64,000 nt of DNA from NCBI GenBank assembly GCA_047601445.1, contig JASGJH010000001.1, positions 1,664,001 to 1,728,000 of the forward strand. Direction: 5' to 3'. Origin of the DNA: Myxococcales bacterium (lineage in GTDB: Bacteria; Myxococcota_A; Polyangia; Polyangiales; DASUME01). Both the position numbers and the translations under genes were made by a program. Below, piece by piece: positions 29,425 through 38,944 of the stretch. Each line of letters begins with the position of its first letter. Positions within the stretch are counted from its first letter, which is position 1. Under the pieces are notes generated by a model. The model was not told the DNA's origin, searched no databases, and saw only the letters and a list, made by a program, of their open reading frames with translations.

Positions 29425-29898
29425 ATGTTCGAACTGCTGTTGGCCGCCCAGCTGCTCTGTTGTCCTGTGTTGGTCGCGATTTTCCTCCAGACGCTGAGGG
29501 CCTTGCCCGAGGCGCCCGAGCTGGAGCTGGGACAGCGCGCCTGGGTGGCGGCGCGCTTCAGCATGGGCCAGGCGAACGCGCTGGGGCCGCTATTCAAGCA
29601 CCTGGTGCGGGCGTCGCGTCATGGATTGCAGCTGGCGCACGAGATCCAGGAGAGCATCCGTCAGGAGCGCATCGCGAGGCAGCCGTCGGGCACCCTGGCC
29701 CCTCTGCTTTCGCTGTGGCAGCGCCGCCAGTTCCAGCAGAACGCAGAGCTGGCCGACCTGGCGCACCTCGTCGAACAGCTCGAGCAAATGGGATGCATCC
29801 TCGCGCGCTACCGCGCAGGTGCCGGCCGCTTGATGGAACTGAGGCTGCCGCTCAGCTGTCTGAACGCAGAGCTGCACGCGCGAGAGCAAAGGCCGTGA
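29425..29898 (+). CDS. hypothetical protein
   Basis: GGAGG RBS, N-terminal hydrophobic helix, GC3-biased codons. Confidence 0.5.
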   Translation: MFELLLAAQLLCCPVLVAIFLQTLRALPEAPELELGQRAWVAARFSMGQANALGPLFKHLVRASRHGLQLAHEIQESIRQERIARQPSGTLAPLLSLWQRRQFQQNAELADLAHLVEQLEQMGCILARYRAGAGRLMELRLPLSCLNAELHAREQRP

Positions 29899-29910
29899 TA
29901 GCGGGCCCGC

Positions 29911-30430
29911 ATACCCACCGAGACACAGCTCTGCATTCCCAGGCCGCGAGCGCGCGGGCCGCTTGGCATGCTGCGGCGGATGTGGACTGACCCCACCAGT
30001 TTGCTCGGGCATCTACTCGCGCTGCTCGTGGGCTGCGGCCAGGGCGAGCGCGTGGGCGGCAAAGCAGTTCCCGCATGGCTCTATCGTCTGCCCAAAAGCC
30101 GCCTGCAGGGCTTGGAGCCATCGCCATCGGGCACGTCATCATCGTGGAGCCACGATTTCTAATGGGTCGAGAAGCGTGGGTGTTGGCCCACGAGCTCTCC
30201 CATGGGCGCCAGCACGACTGGCTCGGTCCCACCTATCCGCTCTTGCACATGGTCTTGCAGCTGCTGAGCGCCCCCGTCGCGTTGGTCAGACCGCGCAGGG
30301 GCTTTCCACCCGAGCACGCTTACAATCCCCTTGAGCGCGGCTTTCTCTCCATTCCGTTCGACGTGCCGACCATGCCGCAAGCACCGTCGGATATTCGTGC
30401 CGGCGAGGTCTTGCGCGCGTTTGGAATAGC
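29911..30430 (+). pseudogene. degenerate second copy of the HExxH protein
   Basis: Aligns by eye to 24625-25158. Start ATG is now ATA (29911), and one base is missing at ~30108 (CAGGGCTT vs CGTGGGCTT). Confidence 0.75.
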
Positions 30431-30503
30431 CCCCCGGAATCCAGCCGAACACACGCGCGGCGAACGAGCTGCGGAGACTCCCGCGACGCACGTGACGCTG
30501 ATC

Positions 30504-31163
30504 TCAGCGCTTGCGAGTCCGGCCCGCGGGGCTCGCTGCGATGCCCCGCAGGAGCAACTGAATCGCCGAGCGCGCTGCGCGCTGGATGTCGTCCACATCG
30601 GGCAGGACAGGCGCTAGCGCACCGTCGGCGTGCAACGACGCGAGCCCGTGAACGAGGGACCAGCTCGCGAGCGCGATGTCGCCCGGATTGCCGCTCAGTT
30701 CACCGGCTCCATGGCACGCCTGGATGGCCGCCAGCAGAACCCCGAAGGCCTCTTCGCCAGCCGCTTGCAGATCCGGATGGGACGCCTTGTCGCACTCCGG
30801 GCCGAACATCAGCCGGTAGATGGAGGGATGCTCTGCCGCGAAACGCACATACGCGAGCCCCACGCTCTGCAGCGCCGCCAGCGACGAGCCTGCGCCCTTG
30901 CGAGCCTCTTCGGTGCAGCGCGCGAGCTCCCGAAATCCCTTCGCCAGCACGGCCGCCAGCAGGGCTTCCTTGTCGGTAAAGTGGCGATAGGGGGCCGCCA
31001 CGCTGACGCCCGCTCTGCTCGCCACCTGCCGCAAGGTCAGCTCACTCGGCCCATCCGTTTCGATCATGCGCTCGGCAGCCTCGATCAAGGCACGCCGCAA
31101 GTCCCCGTGGTGATAGCTGGTTTTTGCGGGTTCGCCGCGGGACTTGGTGCGGGGTTTGGCCAT
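30504..31163 (-). CDS. TetR family transcriptional regulator (WHG-type C-terminus)
   Basis: YHHGDLRRALI, LRQVA.RAGVS.AAPYRHF.DKE and WSLVHGLASL. Confidence 0.95.
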   Translation of the reverse strand: MAKPRTKSRGEPAKTSYHHGDLRRALIEAAERMIETDGPSELTLRQVASRAGVSVAAPYRHFTDKEALLAAVLAKGFRELARCTEEARKGAGSSLAALQSVGLAYVRFAAEHPSIYRLMFGPECDKASHPDLQAAGEEAFGVLLAAIQACHGAGELSGNPGDIALASWSLVHGLASLHADGALAPVLPDVDDIQRAARSAIQLLLRGIAASPAGRTRKR

Positions 31164-31191
31164 GCCCGCCACAAGATAGCGATCCGGATCG

Positions 31192-31236
31192 ATGTTGACA
31201 ACGTTAGCATGAGGCCTATGTTAACAACGTTATCAT
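31192..31236. promoter_or_regulatory. tandem TetR operators
   Basis: Two near-palindromic 19-mers, ATGTTGACAACGTTAGCAT (31192-31210) and ATGTTAACAACGTTATCAT (31218-31236), between divergent tetR and SDR genes. Confidence 0.8.
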
Positions 31237-31261
31237 CGTCCATTTGAGGAGGAGGTCATCC

Positions 31262-32074
31262 ATGAAGGCGAAGCATCGCCGCACGGCGCTCGTGACAGGC
31301 GCGTCGCGCGGAATCGGACTCGAGTTGGCGCGTGCGCTGGCCGCGCAAGGCCACGACCTCGCACTGGTGGCACGCGATCAGGAGGCGCTCACGGGCGTCG
31401 CACAAGAGTTGGCGCGCACGGGTGTCGCGACCCACGTGATCCGCGCCGATCTCTCCGAGACGGCTACGCCGCGCGCACTCCTGGAGGAGCTCTCGCAGCG
31501 CGGCCTCACGGTGGATCTCTTGGTCAACAACGCCGGCTTCGGTGTGTTCGGCCCCTTCGCAGACAGCGACGTCGACCGCACCCTCGACATGTTACGCGTC
31601 AACATCGTGACGCTCACCGCGCTGACGCGCTTGCTCTTGCCTGGCATGATCGCGCGGGGTCGGGGCGGAATCTTGAACGTTGCCTCGTCGGCAGCCTTTC
31701 AGCCGGGCCCCCTGATGGCCAGCTACTACGCCAGCAAAGCGTATGTGCTCTGGTTCAGCGAAGCGCTCGCGGTGGAGCTGCGCGGCAGCGGCGTCAACGT
31801 GTGCGCCCTTTGCCCCGGGCCCACGCACTCGAGCTTCGTCGACGCGGCAGCCATCCCGGCGTCGAGCTTGTTCGATCGCAACCGTTTCGAGGATGCCAGC
31901 GAGGTCGCCCGCCAGGGCCTCCGTGCACTCGAGCGCGGACAGGTCGTGGCGGTCACGCGCCTGCGTTATCGCTTGCTCGCGTTCGGCAATCGATTTCTTC
32001 CGCGCAGCGTGGTGGCGCGGCTGGTAGAGCGGATGCAGCGCCCGCGGCTGATCGCTTCGATTGGAGGGCCGTGA
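31262..32074 (+). CDS. short-chain dehydrogenase/reductase
   Basis: TGASRGIG, NNAG and YYASK motifs; GGAGG RBS. Confidence 0.95.
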   Translation: MKAKHRRTALVTGASRGIGLELARALAAQGHDLALVARDQEALTGVAQELARTGVATHVIRADLSETATPRALLEELSQRGLTVDLLVNNAGFGVFGPFADSDVDRTLDMLRVNIVTLTALTRLLLPGMIARGRGGILNVASSAAFQPGPLMASYYASKAYVLWFSEALAVELRGSGVNVCALCPGPTHSSFVDAAAIPASSLFDRNRFEDASEVARQGLRALERGQVVAVTRLRYRLLAFGNRFLPRSVVARLVERMQRPRLIASIGGP

Positions 32075-32937
32075 TGCCGTCGGTAGACACCCCGGCCGGC
32101 ACGCTGTGGATCGAGCAGCGCGGCACGGGCGGCCCGTCCCTGCTGTGGTGGCCAGGTCTCTTTTGCCAGGCTTCGGTCTTCGAACAGGTCGTTCGGGAAT
32201 TGCCCGGCTTTCGGCACACGCTGATCGATCCGCCAGGCCACGGTCGAAGCACGGCCTCCCGCTTCAGCCTCGACGACTGTGCCACCGCACTGCTGCAGAT
32301 CGCAGACCAGAACGGCGACGAGGGCTGTCTGGTGGTCGGTCAATCGTGGGGAGCCGTGGTCGCACTCAAGGCCGCGCTGCGCGCTCCACGGCGCATCGCG
32401 GGACTCGTGCTCTTGCATCCAATCGCCGAGCCCGACCCTTGGTGGGTTCGCCTCAAGAACCGCATGCTGCTGGCCATGGTCACGCTGCTCGGCATGGGGC
32501 GAGTGACGCGCTCCGCCATCGCCCGTACGGTGTTCTCGCCCCAAACCCCCAGGAGCGTCGTGACCGAAGCGTTCGCAACAACCTCGGGCTGGAGCCGAAG
32601 AGGCTTGGCGCGAGCCGTGCGTGCGGTCCTGCTGGAGCGGCAAGGATTTCTCTTCAGCTTGCAGCAGCTACGCTTGCCCGTGGAGATCCTGGTGGGCCGA
32701 GACGACCAGGCGTTTCCGGCGCCGTTCGGACTGCGCACGGCAGCCGCAATCCGCGGTGCTCGCCATGTCGTGATCGACGGCGTCGGCCACATGTCGCCGC
32801 TCGAGGATCCCTGCGCGGTGCGGCGCGCAGTGCAGCGCGCGAGCGCCCGCTGGCAGGCTAGCGCGGAGCCCCCGTGCGACTCGACCTCCGCAGCTGATCG
32901 TCAGGAGGCCGCAGGCCCCAGCGCCACATCGCTATAG
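32074..32937 (+). CDS. alpha/beta hydrolase
   Basis: DPPGHGRS, GQSWG and GH..PLE motifs; coupled to the SDR stop. Confidence 0.88.
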   Translation: MPSVDTPAGTLWIEQRGTGGPSLLWWPGLFCQASVFEQVVRELPGFRHTLIDPPGHGRSTASRFSLDDCATALLQIADQNGDEGCLVVGQSWGAVVALKAALRAPRRIAGLVLLHPIAEPDPWWVRLKNRMLLAMVTLLGMGRVTRSAIARTVFSPQTPRSVVTEAFATTSGWSRRGLARAVRAVLLERQGFLFSLQQLRLPVEILVGRDDQAFPAPFGLRTAAAIRGARHVVIDGVGHMSPLEDPCAVRRAVQRASARWQASAEPPCDSTSAADRQEAAGPSATSL

Positions 32938-33069
32938 TGTGCGGGACGCTTGCGGCGCCGCGTCCCTGGGGGCCCAGACCGCGGGACGCCCGCAACGCGG
33001 TGGACTCGAATCACGACAGGCCCGACATGCGCGGTCGCAGACTGCCCCATGTGCGACGGGCACGCCTAC

Positions 33070-33430
33070 CCGGGGTGCCCTGGTCGCCCGTGCCTATCTC
33101 CAACTCGCCGCTGGTCACGAGCACGTTCATACCTTCATGTTCATGTCTGGACCGCACCGCGGCACGCTGACCGCCTATGCCCTCCCCCTCACGGGCGTGC
33201 TACCGATGCGCCCGGGTAGCGAGGTGCTGCGGACCCTCGGACACGACATCAGCGGCTTCCCCGAGCTGTGCGTGCACTGCCTCTACGCACCGTCGACGCT
33301 ATCATCGTACCGCGGACCAGCGGCGTCCTGACAGGCGCCAGGAGCGTTCACTGTCTGCACGAAATTCCCGCGCGCCACCGCATGCTGCACGATCCGTCGG
33401 CTACACGATCTGGTGGCCAGGCTTCTGTGA
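33070..33430 (+). pseudogene. C-terminal remnant of a second lipase copy
   Basis: GALVARAYLQLAAGHEH…SGPHRGTLTA matches the 25172-25804 gene. The N-terminal half and GxSxG are missing, and there are frameshifts after ~33290. Confidence 0.75.
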
Positions 33431-33550
33431 CAGGAGCACCGTGAACAGGCCCACCCTGAGCGGCGGCGGCCAGGACTCGAAGGGGCAGACCGCGGGAGCC
33501 CCTGAGTAGAGCGTCCGTTCGTGGTGGCCGATGCTCGCCAGGAAAGGTCC

Positions 33551-34456
33551 TCAAGGCGAGGCCACGCGCTCCACCGTCGAGTATCGCTGCAGCCATGAGA
33601 GAAGCAGGCGGTTGACCTCCTGCGGGCGCTCCTGATGAAGAAAGTGTCCTGCGCCTCGCACACGCTCGACGCGAAGGCCTGCCGGGAAGTCGACCACACG
33701 CATCAAGTCGTCGTGGAGGCGCGTGTCCATGGCTCCATCGCACTCCCCGGTGAGCGCTAGCGTCGGCACAGGAAGCGGGGCGCTCAACACCTTGCGCATC
33801 CGCCGGTGGTTCTCCGAGAAGAACGCGAACAGCGCGCGATAGTAAGACAGGGCGGCGCGGGTAACTCCGGGCTGCGCAAAGGTCTGTTTGAGCCTGACGA
33901 GTTCGTCGGCCGGCAGCTCGTAACCTGGCGACCAGTCCCGACACAGCGTTTCCATCAGCGCGAAGTCGCGGCGAGAGAACACGTACTCCGCGATGCCACG
34001 TAGCTGGAACAGGAACATGTACCAGGACTTCAGGAGCTGGCTCGGACGCGTGGTGAGGAGCTCGCGCTCGATGCGGCCCGGGTGCGCGATGGCCAGCGTG
34101 GTCAGCGAAGCAAAGCGCTCAGGGGCGAGACCGGCGGCGACGTACGCGACGACGGCGCCCCAATCGTGCCCCACGAGGTGACAGCGCTCTTCGCGAAGTT
34201 CCTCAAGCCAGGCCAGCACGTCTTCCGCCAAGTGCAGCATGTGATAGTCGCCGTCCCTCGGTTGAGAGCTCGGCTCGTAGCCGCGCATGGTAGGCACCAC
34301 CACGCGAAAGCCGGCCGCGACGAGCGCCGGCACCTGCAGGCGAAACGAGCGGGGATTCTCGGGAAACCCGTGTAGGCAGAGCACGAGCGGCCCGCTTCCG
34401 AACTCGTGGACAGTGAACGTCAAGGCGCCACGATGGAGCTGGAACGTGCGACTCAT
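33551..34456 (-). CDS. epoxide hydrolase-like alpha/beta hydrolase
   Basis: HGFPE, GHDWGA, SWYMFLFQ and GHFLHQE motifs. Confidence 0.92.
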   Translation of the reverse strand: MSRTFQLHRGALTFTVHEFGSGPLVLCLHGFPENPRSFRLQVPALVAAGFRVVVPTMRGYEPSSQPRDGDYHMLHLAEDVLAWLEELREERCHLVGHDWGAVVAYVAAGLAPERFASLTTLAIAHPGRIERELLTTRPSQLLKSWYMFLFQLRGIAEYVFSRRDFALMETLCRDWSPGYELPADELVRLKQTFAQPGVTRAALSYYRALFAFFSENHRRMRKVLSAPLPVPTLALTGECDGAMDTRLHDDLMRVVDFPAGLRVERVRGAGHFLHQERPQEVNRLLLSWLQRYSTVERVASP

Positions 34457-35337
34457 GGCCGCTCCTCGTTCAACTCGCGCGCGGGTCCCTGCACTGCGAC
34501 CGCGGAGCGACCCGCGGCGAGCTCGGCGTAGTAGCGGCTGCGCTCCTCCGCAAACGCGGGGATCGCCAAGTTGCGTGGCGTGTACCAGGGCAAGTAGGTT
34601 CGCAGCGTCATGGGCAGCAAGTAGAAGAAGGACTCACAGCTCCGTTGGAGCGTGCGCAGCAGACCGCCACGCGGCCGTGCACTGGTAGCGCCCGGGGCAT
34701 CTTGCGCAGCGAGCAGCGCCCAGGTCGCACGGAACACGAATCGCAGTAGATGCCACTGTGCAAATAGAGCCACGCGCACGCGATAGCCGTAGTCACCGCA
34801 TACCTGCTCGTAAACGTCGAAGGCCACGGTGCGGTGCTCCAGCTCTTCGAGCAGGTGCCATTCGATGAGCTCGCGGGGTCCCGGCCGCAAGTGCTCGAGC
34901 CACCCCCCTTCCAGGCAAAATAGCGCGAAACCCACCGTGAACGCCTCGAAACCCTCCGCATAGGCCAAGTTGAAGCGCAGCGAACGGGTCCTGGTGAAGC
35001 GCTGACAATCTGCTTCGAACTCGGCTTCGAGGCGCTCCAGCGCTGGCATCGGGGGAAGGCGAACAGCATCGTTGAAGCGCCGGTGTTGACGGTAGTGCTG
35101 GCCCTCCTGTGCACAGAACAGCCGCAGGTCCTCGGCCAGCGCCGGCGATGTGACGTACTGCTTGGCCTCCTGCATGCTGCGAATCAGGTAGGGCTCCACG
35201 TACGGGAGCATGCGCGAGATGGCGAGGAATATGCTCGAGGTCTCCGGCTCCTCACCGAAGATGACCGGATCGATTCGAGAGGTGATGGGAAGATGGAGAC
35301 GACGAACGGTGATGGGCGCCGTGACGGGGGTGTGCAT
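34453..35337 (-). CDS. predicted metal-dependent hydrolase (ferritin-like family)
   Basis: F.AQEGQH…H, EAFT and WH..EELEHRTVAFDV motifs. Confidence 0.85.
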   Translation of the reverse strand: MHTPVTAPITVRRLHLPITSRIDPVIFGEEPETSSIFLAISRMLPYVEPYLIRSMQEAKQYVTSPALAEDLRLFCAQEGQHYRQHRRFNDAVRLPPMPALERLEAEFEADCQRFTRTRSLRFNLAYAEGFEAFTVGFALFCLEGGWLEHLRPGPRELIEWHLLEELEHRTVAFDVYEQVCGDYGYRVRVALFAQWHLLRFVFRATWALLAAQDAPGATSARPRGGLLRTLQRSCESFFYLLPMTLRTYLPWYTPRNLAIPAFAEERSRYYAELAAGRSAVAVQGPARELNEERP

Positions 35338-35451
35338 GATGGTCTCGCGGGGGTTGACTCACCCTGGGCCTCCGCCGAAGCAGTGACAAACGATCAATCG
35401 TGAACATAGATAAGACATGCTAATTCATGTCGGTTCCCACCCCGGAGCACG

Positions 35452-36387
35452 ATGGCCACCCCAATCTCCGTTCCACTGCATTTTTTGCCTGCTTTCGAGC
35501 TCGCTGCGCAGCACTTGAGTATCCGACGTGCAGCGGAGGAACTGCACCTTACCCCCTCCGCCGTCAGCCAGCAGATCCGTGCATTGGAGGGTGCCCTTGG
35601 CTTCAGCTTGTTTCGACGCGCCACCCGTGCACTTCACCTCACGCCCCTTGGCGCAGAGTACGCCGCCGTGGTCAAGGAGACGCTCGACACCTATCGACAG
35701 GGCAGCGAGCGACTACTCAAGCAACGCGGACAACCCGCCCTGCGCCTGTCGAGTGACTCCTTCATCGCGCACGAAGTCCTGATCCCGCAGCTGCACGCAT
35801 TTCGCGAGGTCCAGCGCGGAGTCGACCTGCGCATCGAGACGAGCAACGCATTGGTCGACTTCGAGCGCGAGGGATTCGACGCTGCAGTGCGCTTCGGCCG
35901 AGGTCCCTGGCCAGGGCTCGCAAGCAGCACGCTGTGCTCGGTGCTAGCAACGCCCGTGTGCGCACCAGGCCTCCTTCCCGGAGGTCGTCTCCCCGCGCGG
36001 GGCAACTGGACGCGTTACCCGCTCATCGCCTTCCGCGACTACCCTGATCCATGGCCGGTGATGTCCAAGCTTCTGGGTGTGGTTTTGCCGCGCGAGCGAC
36101 TGGTCTTCGACAGCTACTTCGCGAGCATTCGGGCAGCCGAGAAAGGACTCGGCATCGCGATCGGCCTCTTTCCCGTCACTTCTGGCCCGGTGCTCGAAGG
36201 AAAATTGATCACGCCGCTCAACGTCCGTGTGCGCACGCACGCACGCTACCACTTCGTTTGCCGCCGCGAAGACGCGGCTCGGCCCGCCCTGGGTACCCTA
36301 CGCAAGTGGCTCAAGGAGCGCTTCGCGGCTCTGCCATTTCTGGAAAATCCGGGCAAGACCGCGGTGCGGACGATGGACGAACCTTGA
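35452..36387 (+). CDS. LysR family regulator (GcvA-like)
   Basis: AAEELHLTPSAVSQQIRALE HTH and D.AVRFG.G.WPGL. Confidence 0.93.
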   Translation: MATPISVPLHFLPAFELAAQHLSIRRAAEELHLTPSAVSQQIRALEGALGFSLFRRATRALHLTPLGAEYAAVVKETLDTYRQGSERLLKQRGQPALRLSSDSFIAHEVLIPQLHAFREVQRGVDLRIETSNALVDFEREGFDAAVRFGRGPWPGLASSTLCSVLATPVCAPGLLPGGRLPARGNWTRYPLIAFRDYPDPWPVMSKLLGVVLPRERLVFDSYFASIRAAEKGLGIAIGLFPVTSGPVLEGKLITPLNVRVRTHARYHFVCRREDAARPALGTLRKWLKERFAALPFLENPGKTAVRTMDEP

Positions 36388-36541
36388 CCAGGGTTTGCGA
36401 GCAGAGCGGGGCCTGCTGACCCTAGCCGCCGCTGCAAGTTCCTTCTTCGGATCGGAGTCGAGCCAGAACCAGAGGAGGACGGCATTGAAAGATGCCCCGG
36501 AACGCAAGGGCCCAGTCCTGCAGGGTGAATCAGCGCACGCC

Positions 36542-37504
36542 TCAGCTTGGGCGAGTTGCCCTGCTCTGGGACACGTTCACGCTTTCGAGATCGAGGTGGT
36601 CGGAGACTTCGCGCTCGCTAGCCCGACACCGCGCAGCAGCGTGAGTGCCCTCGCTCCCTGCTTTGCAAGCCCGTCCTCCGGACAGAGCGTGCCGGCCGCC
36701 AATGGTCTGCTCCGCGCGGTCGCTGCTTGCTCGATGATCGGGCTTGGGCTGCGATGGAGGAAGGCCGAGCATCATGCGCCAGGGCGTGTTCTCGTAATCC
36801 AGGCCGAGCTGCTCATCGAGCGGGACCAGCTCGGGATCAGTGAAGGTGCCGAACGCGCGATCCCACAGCGTGAACAAGAAGGCGTAGTTGGTATTGGTAA
36901 AGCGGACGTCGGCGCTGTGATGCACGAAGTGCACGCGCGGTGTGACGAATAGCTTCTCCAGCATGCCCTGGTAGGGCAGCCGGATGTTGGAGTGGATCCA
37001 GTGCTGATTGCAGAACTGAAACAGGATCAGCGCGGTCAGCCAGGGCTCACTGGTGGGGGGAAACAAGAGTACGGCGAGGGTGTCTGGTAGCGCGGTGAGC
37101 ACGGCGTGCACGGGCGATGACCGCAGCCCCGCGAGCCACCACACGTGCTTCGAGGAGTGATGAAACGCGTGCGCATGCCAGAGCACGTTCGAATGAAGCG
37201 CGCGATGGGTCCAGTAAACCATGAAGTCGGCGCACACCAGGCTCACGGCGAGCACGAGGAGCGGGGGCCACTCCTCCACCATCGCGTACCAGCGCTCGAC
37301 CGCTGCCAAGGACGTCCACCATTCGGAAAGTGGTCCGCTCACCGCCCGGTCGTATCCGGCTCCCAACAACAGGAAGAGGACCACCGCGATCGCGTCGAGC
37401 CGAATCTCGCGCGGTCCAGACTGCCGGCGAAATGGGATCAGCTTGGACACGAGCTGATGCCCCAGACCGATGGCGAAAAACGCGGCGTGGAAAATAGGTC
37501 CCAT
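36542..37504 (-). CDS. sterol desaturase / fatty acid hydroxylase family protein
   Basis: His boxes HRALH, HAFHH, HSN and HFVHH; NYA..FTLWDR.FGT. Confidence 0.9.
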   Translation of the reverse strand: MGPIFHAAFFAIGLGHQLVSKLIPFRRQSGPREIRLDAIAVVLFLLLGAGYDRAVSGPLSEWWTSLAAVERWYAMVEEWPPLLVLAVSLVCADFMVYWTHRALHSNVLWHAHAFHHSSKHVWWLAGLRSSPVHAVLTALPDTLAVLLFPPTSEPWLTALILFQFCNQHWIHSNIRLPYQGMLEKLFVTPRVHFVHHSADVRFTNTNYAFLFTLWDRAFGTFTDPELVPLDEQLGLDYENTPWRMMLGLPPSQPKPDHRASSDRAEQTIGGRHALSGGRACKAGSEGTHAAARCRASEREVSDHLDLESVNVSQSRATRPS

Positions 37505-37533
37505 GTGCGAGCACTCCGTGGAGACAGCGACTG

Positions 37534-38613
37534 CTAAGCGGCCGATGATTCAGCGGGAGAAGGTCTGGGTCGCAGGGAATGGGTGGCCTCTTGCAGGAGC
37601 CGATCGCTTGCGAGGGCGAGCACCATCACGATGCCCGTCAAGCCCAGTACGGCGAGCTCGCCGTGTTGCTGGAAGCCCACGAGTCCCATGCCCCAACAGA
37701 GCAGCACCCACTGGATCACGTACAGCTGGGTGACGCGTTCGCTGGCGCGATACAGCACGTCAGCCAACCGACTCCGCACGAAAAAGGGCGTGAGCCAATG
37801 GGCCAGGCAGAACAACATGCTCGCGCTCCCCATCGACGCGAGCATGCTGCCGAAGCCGCCGTGGAAGAAGTCGCCGTAGTGGGTGGCGGGATCGACCTGA
37901 CAAAGGACGTAGCCGACGACCGCGAGTGCGAGACCGAGTCGCAGCATCACGCGGAGCAGGCGTTCGACGTCGCACCCGGCGTGCTGGTAGAGGCGCCCCA
38001 AGAACACGCCGTAGAGAATCACCGACAGCCAAGGAAAGACGGGGAAGAACACGTTCGAGTCGGCGGCCCACATCAGGTCGCACAGGTAGTCGAGCCCCGC
38101 GATCTGCGGTCGATAGCCGCGCAGCCCGCTGCTCACCAAGGCGACCGCGAGCGACGAAGCCAGCACGAAGTACGGCCGCACCAGGAGACCCCGGAGCAGC
38201 GCCATCAAGCCAGCGGAGATCCCCGCGAGCTGCAAGACGTCTCCAGTGAGGAGCAAGTACAGGAGCCCTGCGGGTTGAATCGGCGGCACGAAGCCGTAGC
38301 TGCGAACGAATGACTCCGGCATGAACTGACCGAAGTACGGAACCAAGAAGCTGAGCAGGTTCATGACGTAACCGAGGGCAAAGAGCGTGGCGCCCCGGCG
38401 TGCCGCCTGCGTCGGCGTCTTCTCCGAGAGGGCGAACGAAAAGCCCATGGCGACAAGGAACATCGCGGCGCCCCTTCCCGCGAAGTGAATCGGCATGCCG
38501 AACGTGGCGCTCGTCTGGACGTCGGGCCGCCCATACATGAGGAGCGTGTGCACGAGCATCATCACGAAGACGCTCGCGCCGCGGCCAAAGTCGATGGCGA
38601 TCACTCGCTGCAT
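37534..38613 (-). CDS. membrane acyltransferase-like protein (HGSNAT / DUF1624 family)
   Basis: R..AIDFGRG..V..M..VH, DVLQLAG and FPVFPW motifs; about 10 TM segments. Confidence 0.8.
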   Translation of the reverse strand: MQRVIAIDFGRGASVFVMMLVHTLLMYGRPDVQTSATFGMPIHFAGRGAAMFLVAMGFSFALSEKTPTQAARRGATLFALGYVMNLLSFLVPYFGQFMPESFVRSYGFVPPIQPAGLLYLLLTGDVLQLAGISAGLMALLRGLLVRPYFVLASSLAVALVSSGLRGYRPQIAGLDYLCDLMWAADSNVFFPVFPWLSVILYGVFLGRLYQHAGCDVERLLRVMLRLGLALAVVGYVLCQVDPATHYGDFFHGGFGSMLASMGSASMLFCLAHWLTPFFVRSRLADVLYRASERVTQLYVIQWVLLCWGMGLVGFQQHGELAVLGLTGIVMVLALASDRLLQEATHSLRPRPSPAESSAA

Positions 38614-38801
38614 GAGACTGCCTCGCAGGGCGGGTTGAGCCGACTACCGGCTCATGGCCGGACCGAGGCCGACGCCTACTCACTCGTGACATTAATGAAC
38701 TCGCGAATCAACTTCATTTACCAACCGAATCGACCATCAACTGATTTTATTAATTTTATTTCCAGTCACATCCGCATCCCGTCGGCGATTCCATGTCACA
38801 A

Positions 38802-38818
38802 TTGAATTTGCATATCGA
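38802..38818. promoter_or_regulatory. Fur-box-like site in the AT-rich divergent promoter of the siderophore cluster
   Basis: TTGAATTTGCATATCGA within an AT-rich island at 38690-38825. Confidence 0.55.
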
Positions 38819-38944
38819 CAACAACCGTGCGAGAGATCGCACGCCTTCCGCCAACAGACCACCTCAAGGCCCGAGGACCGCGCTCCCAGTGCCTCAATGC
38901 AGCCCTCCCAGCATCGCTGGACGGGCTCCGGAGAGCTTGGACGC

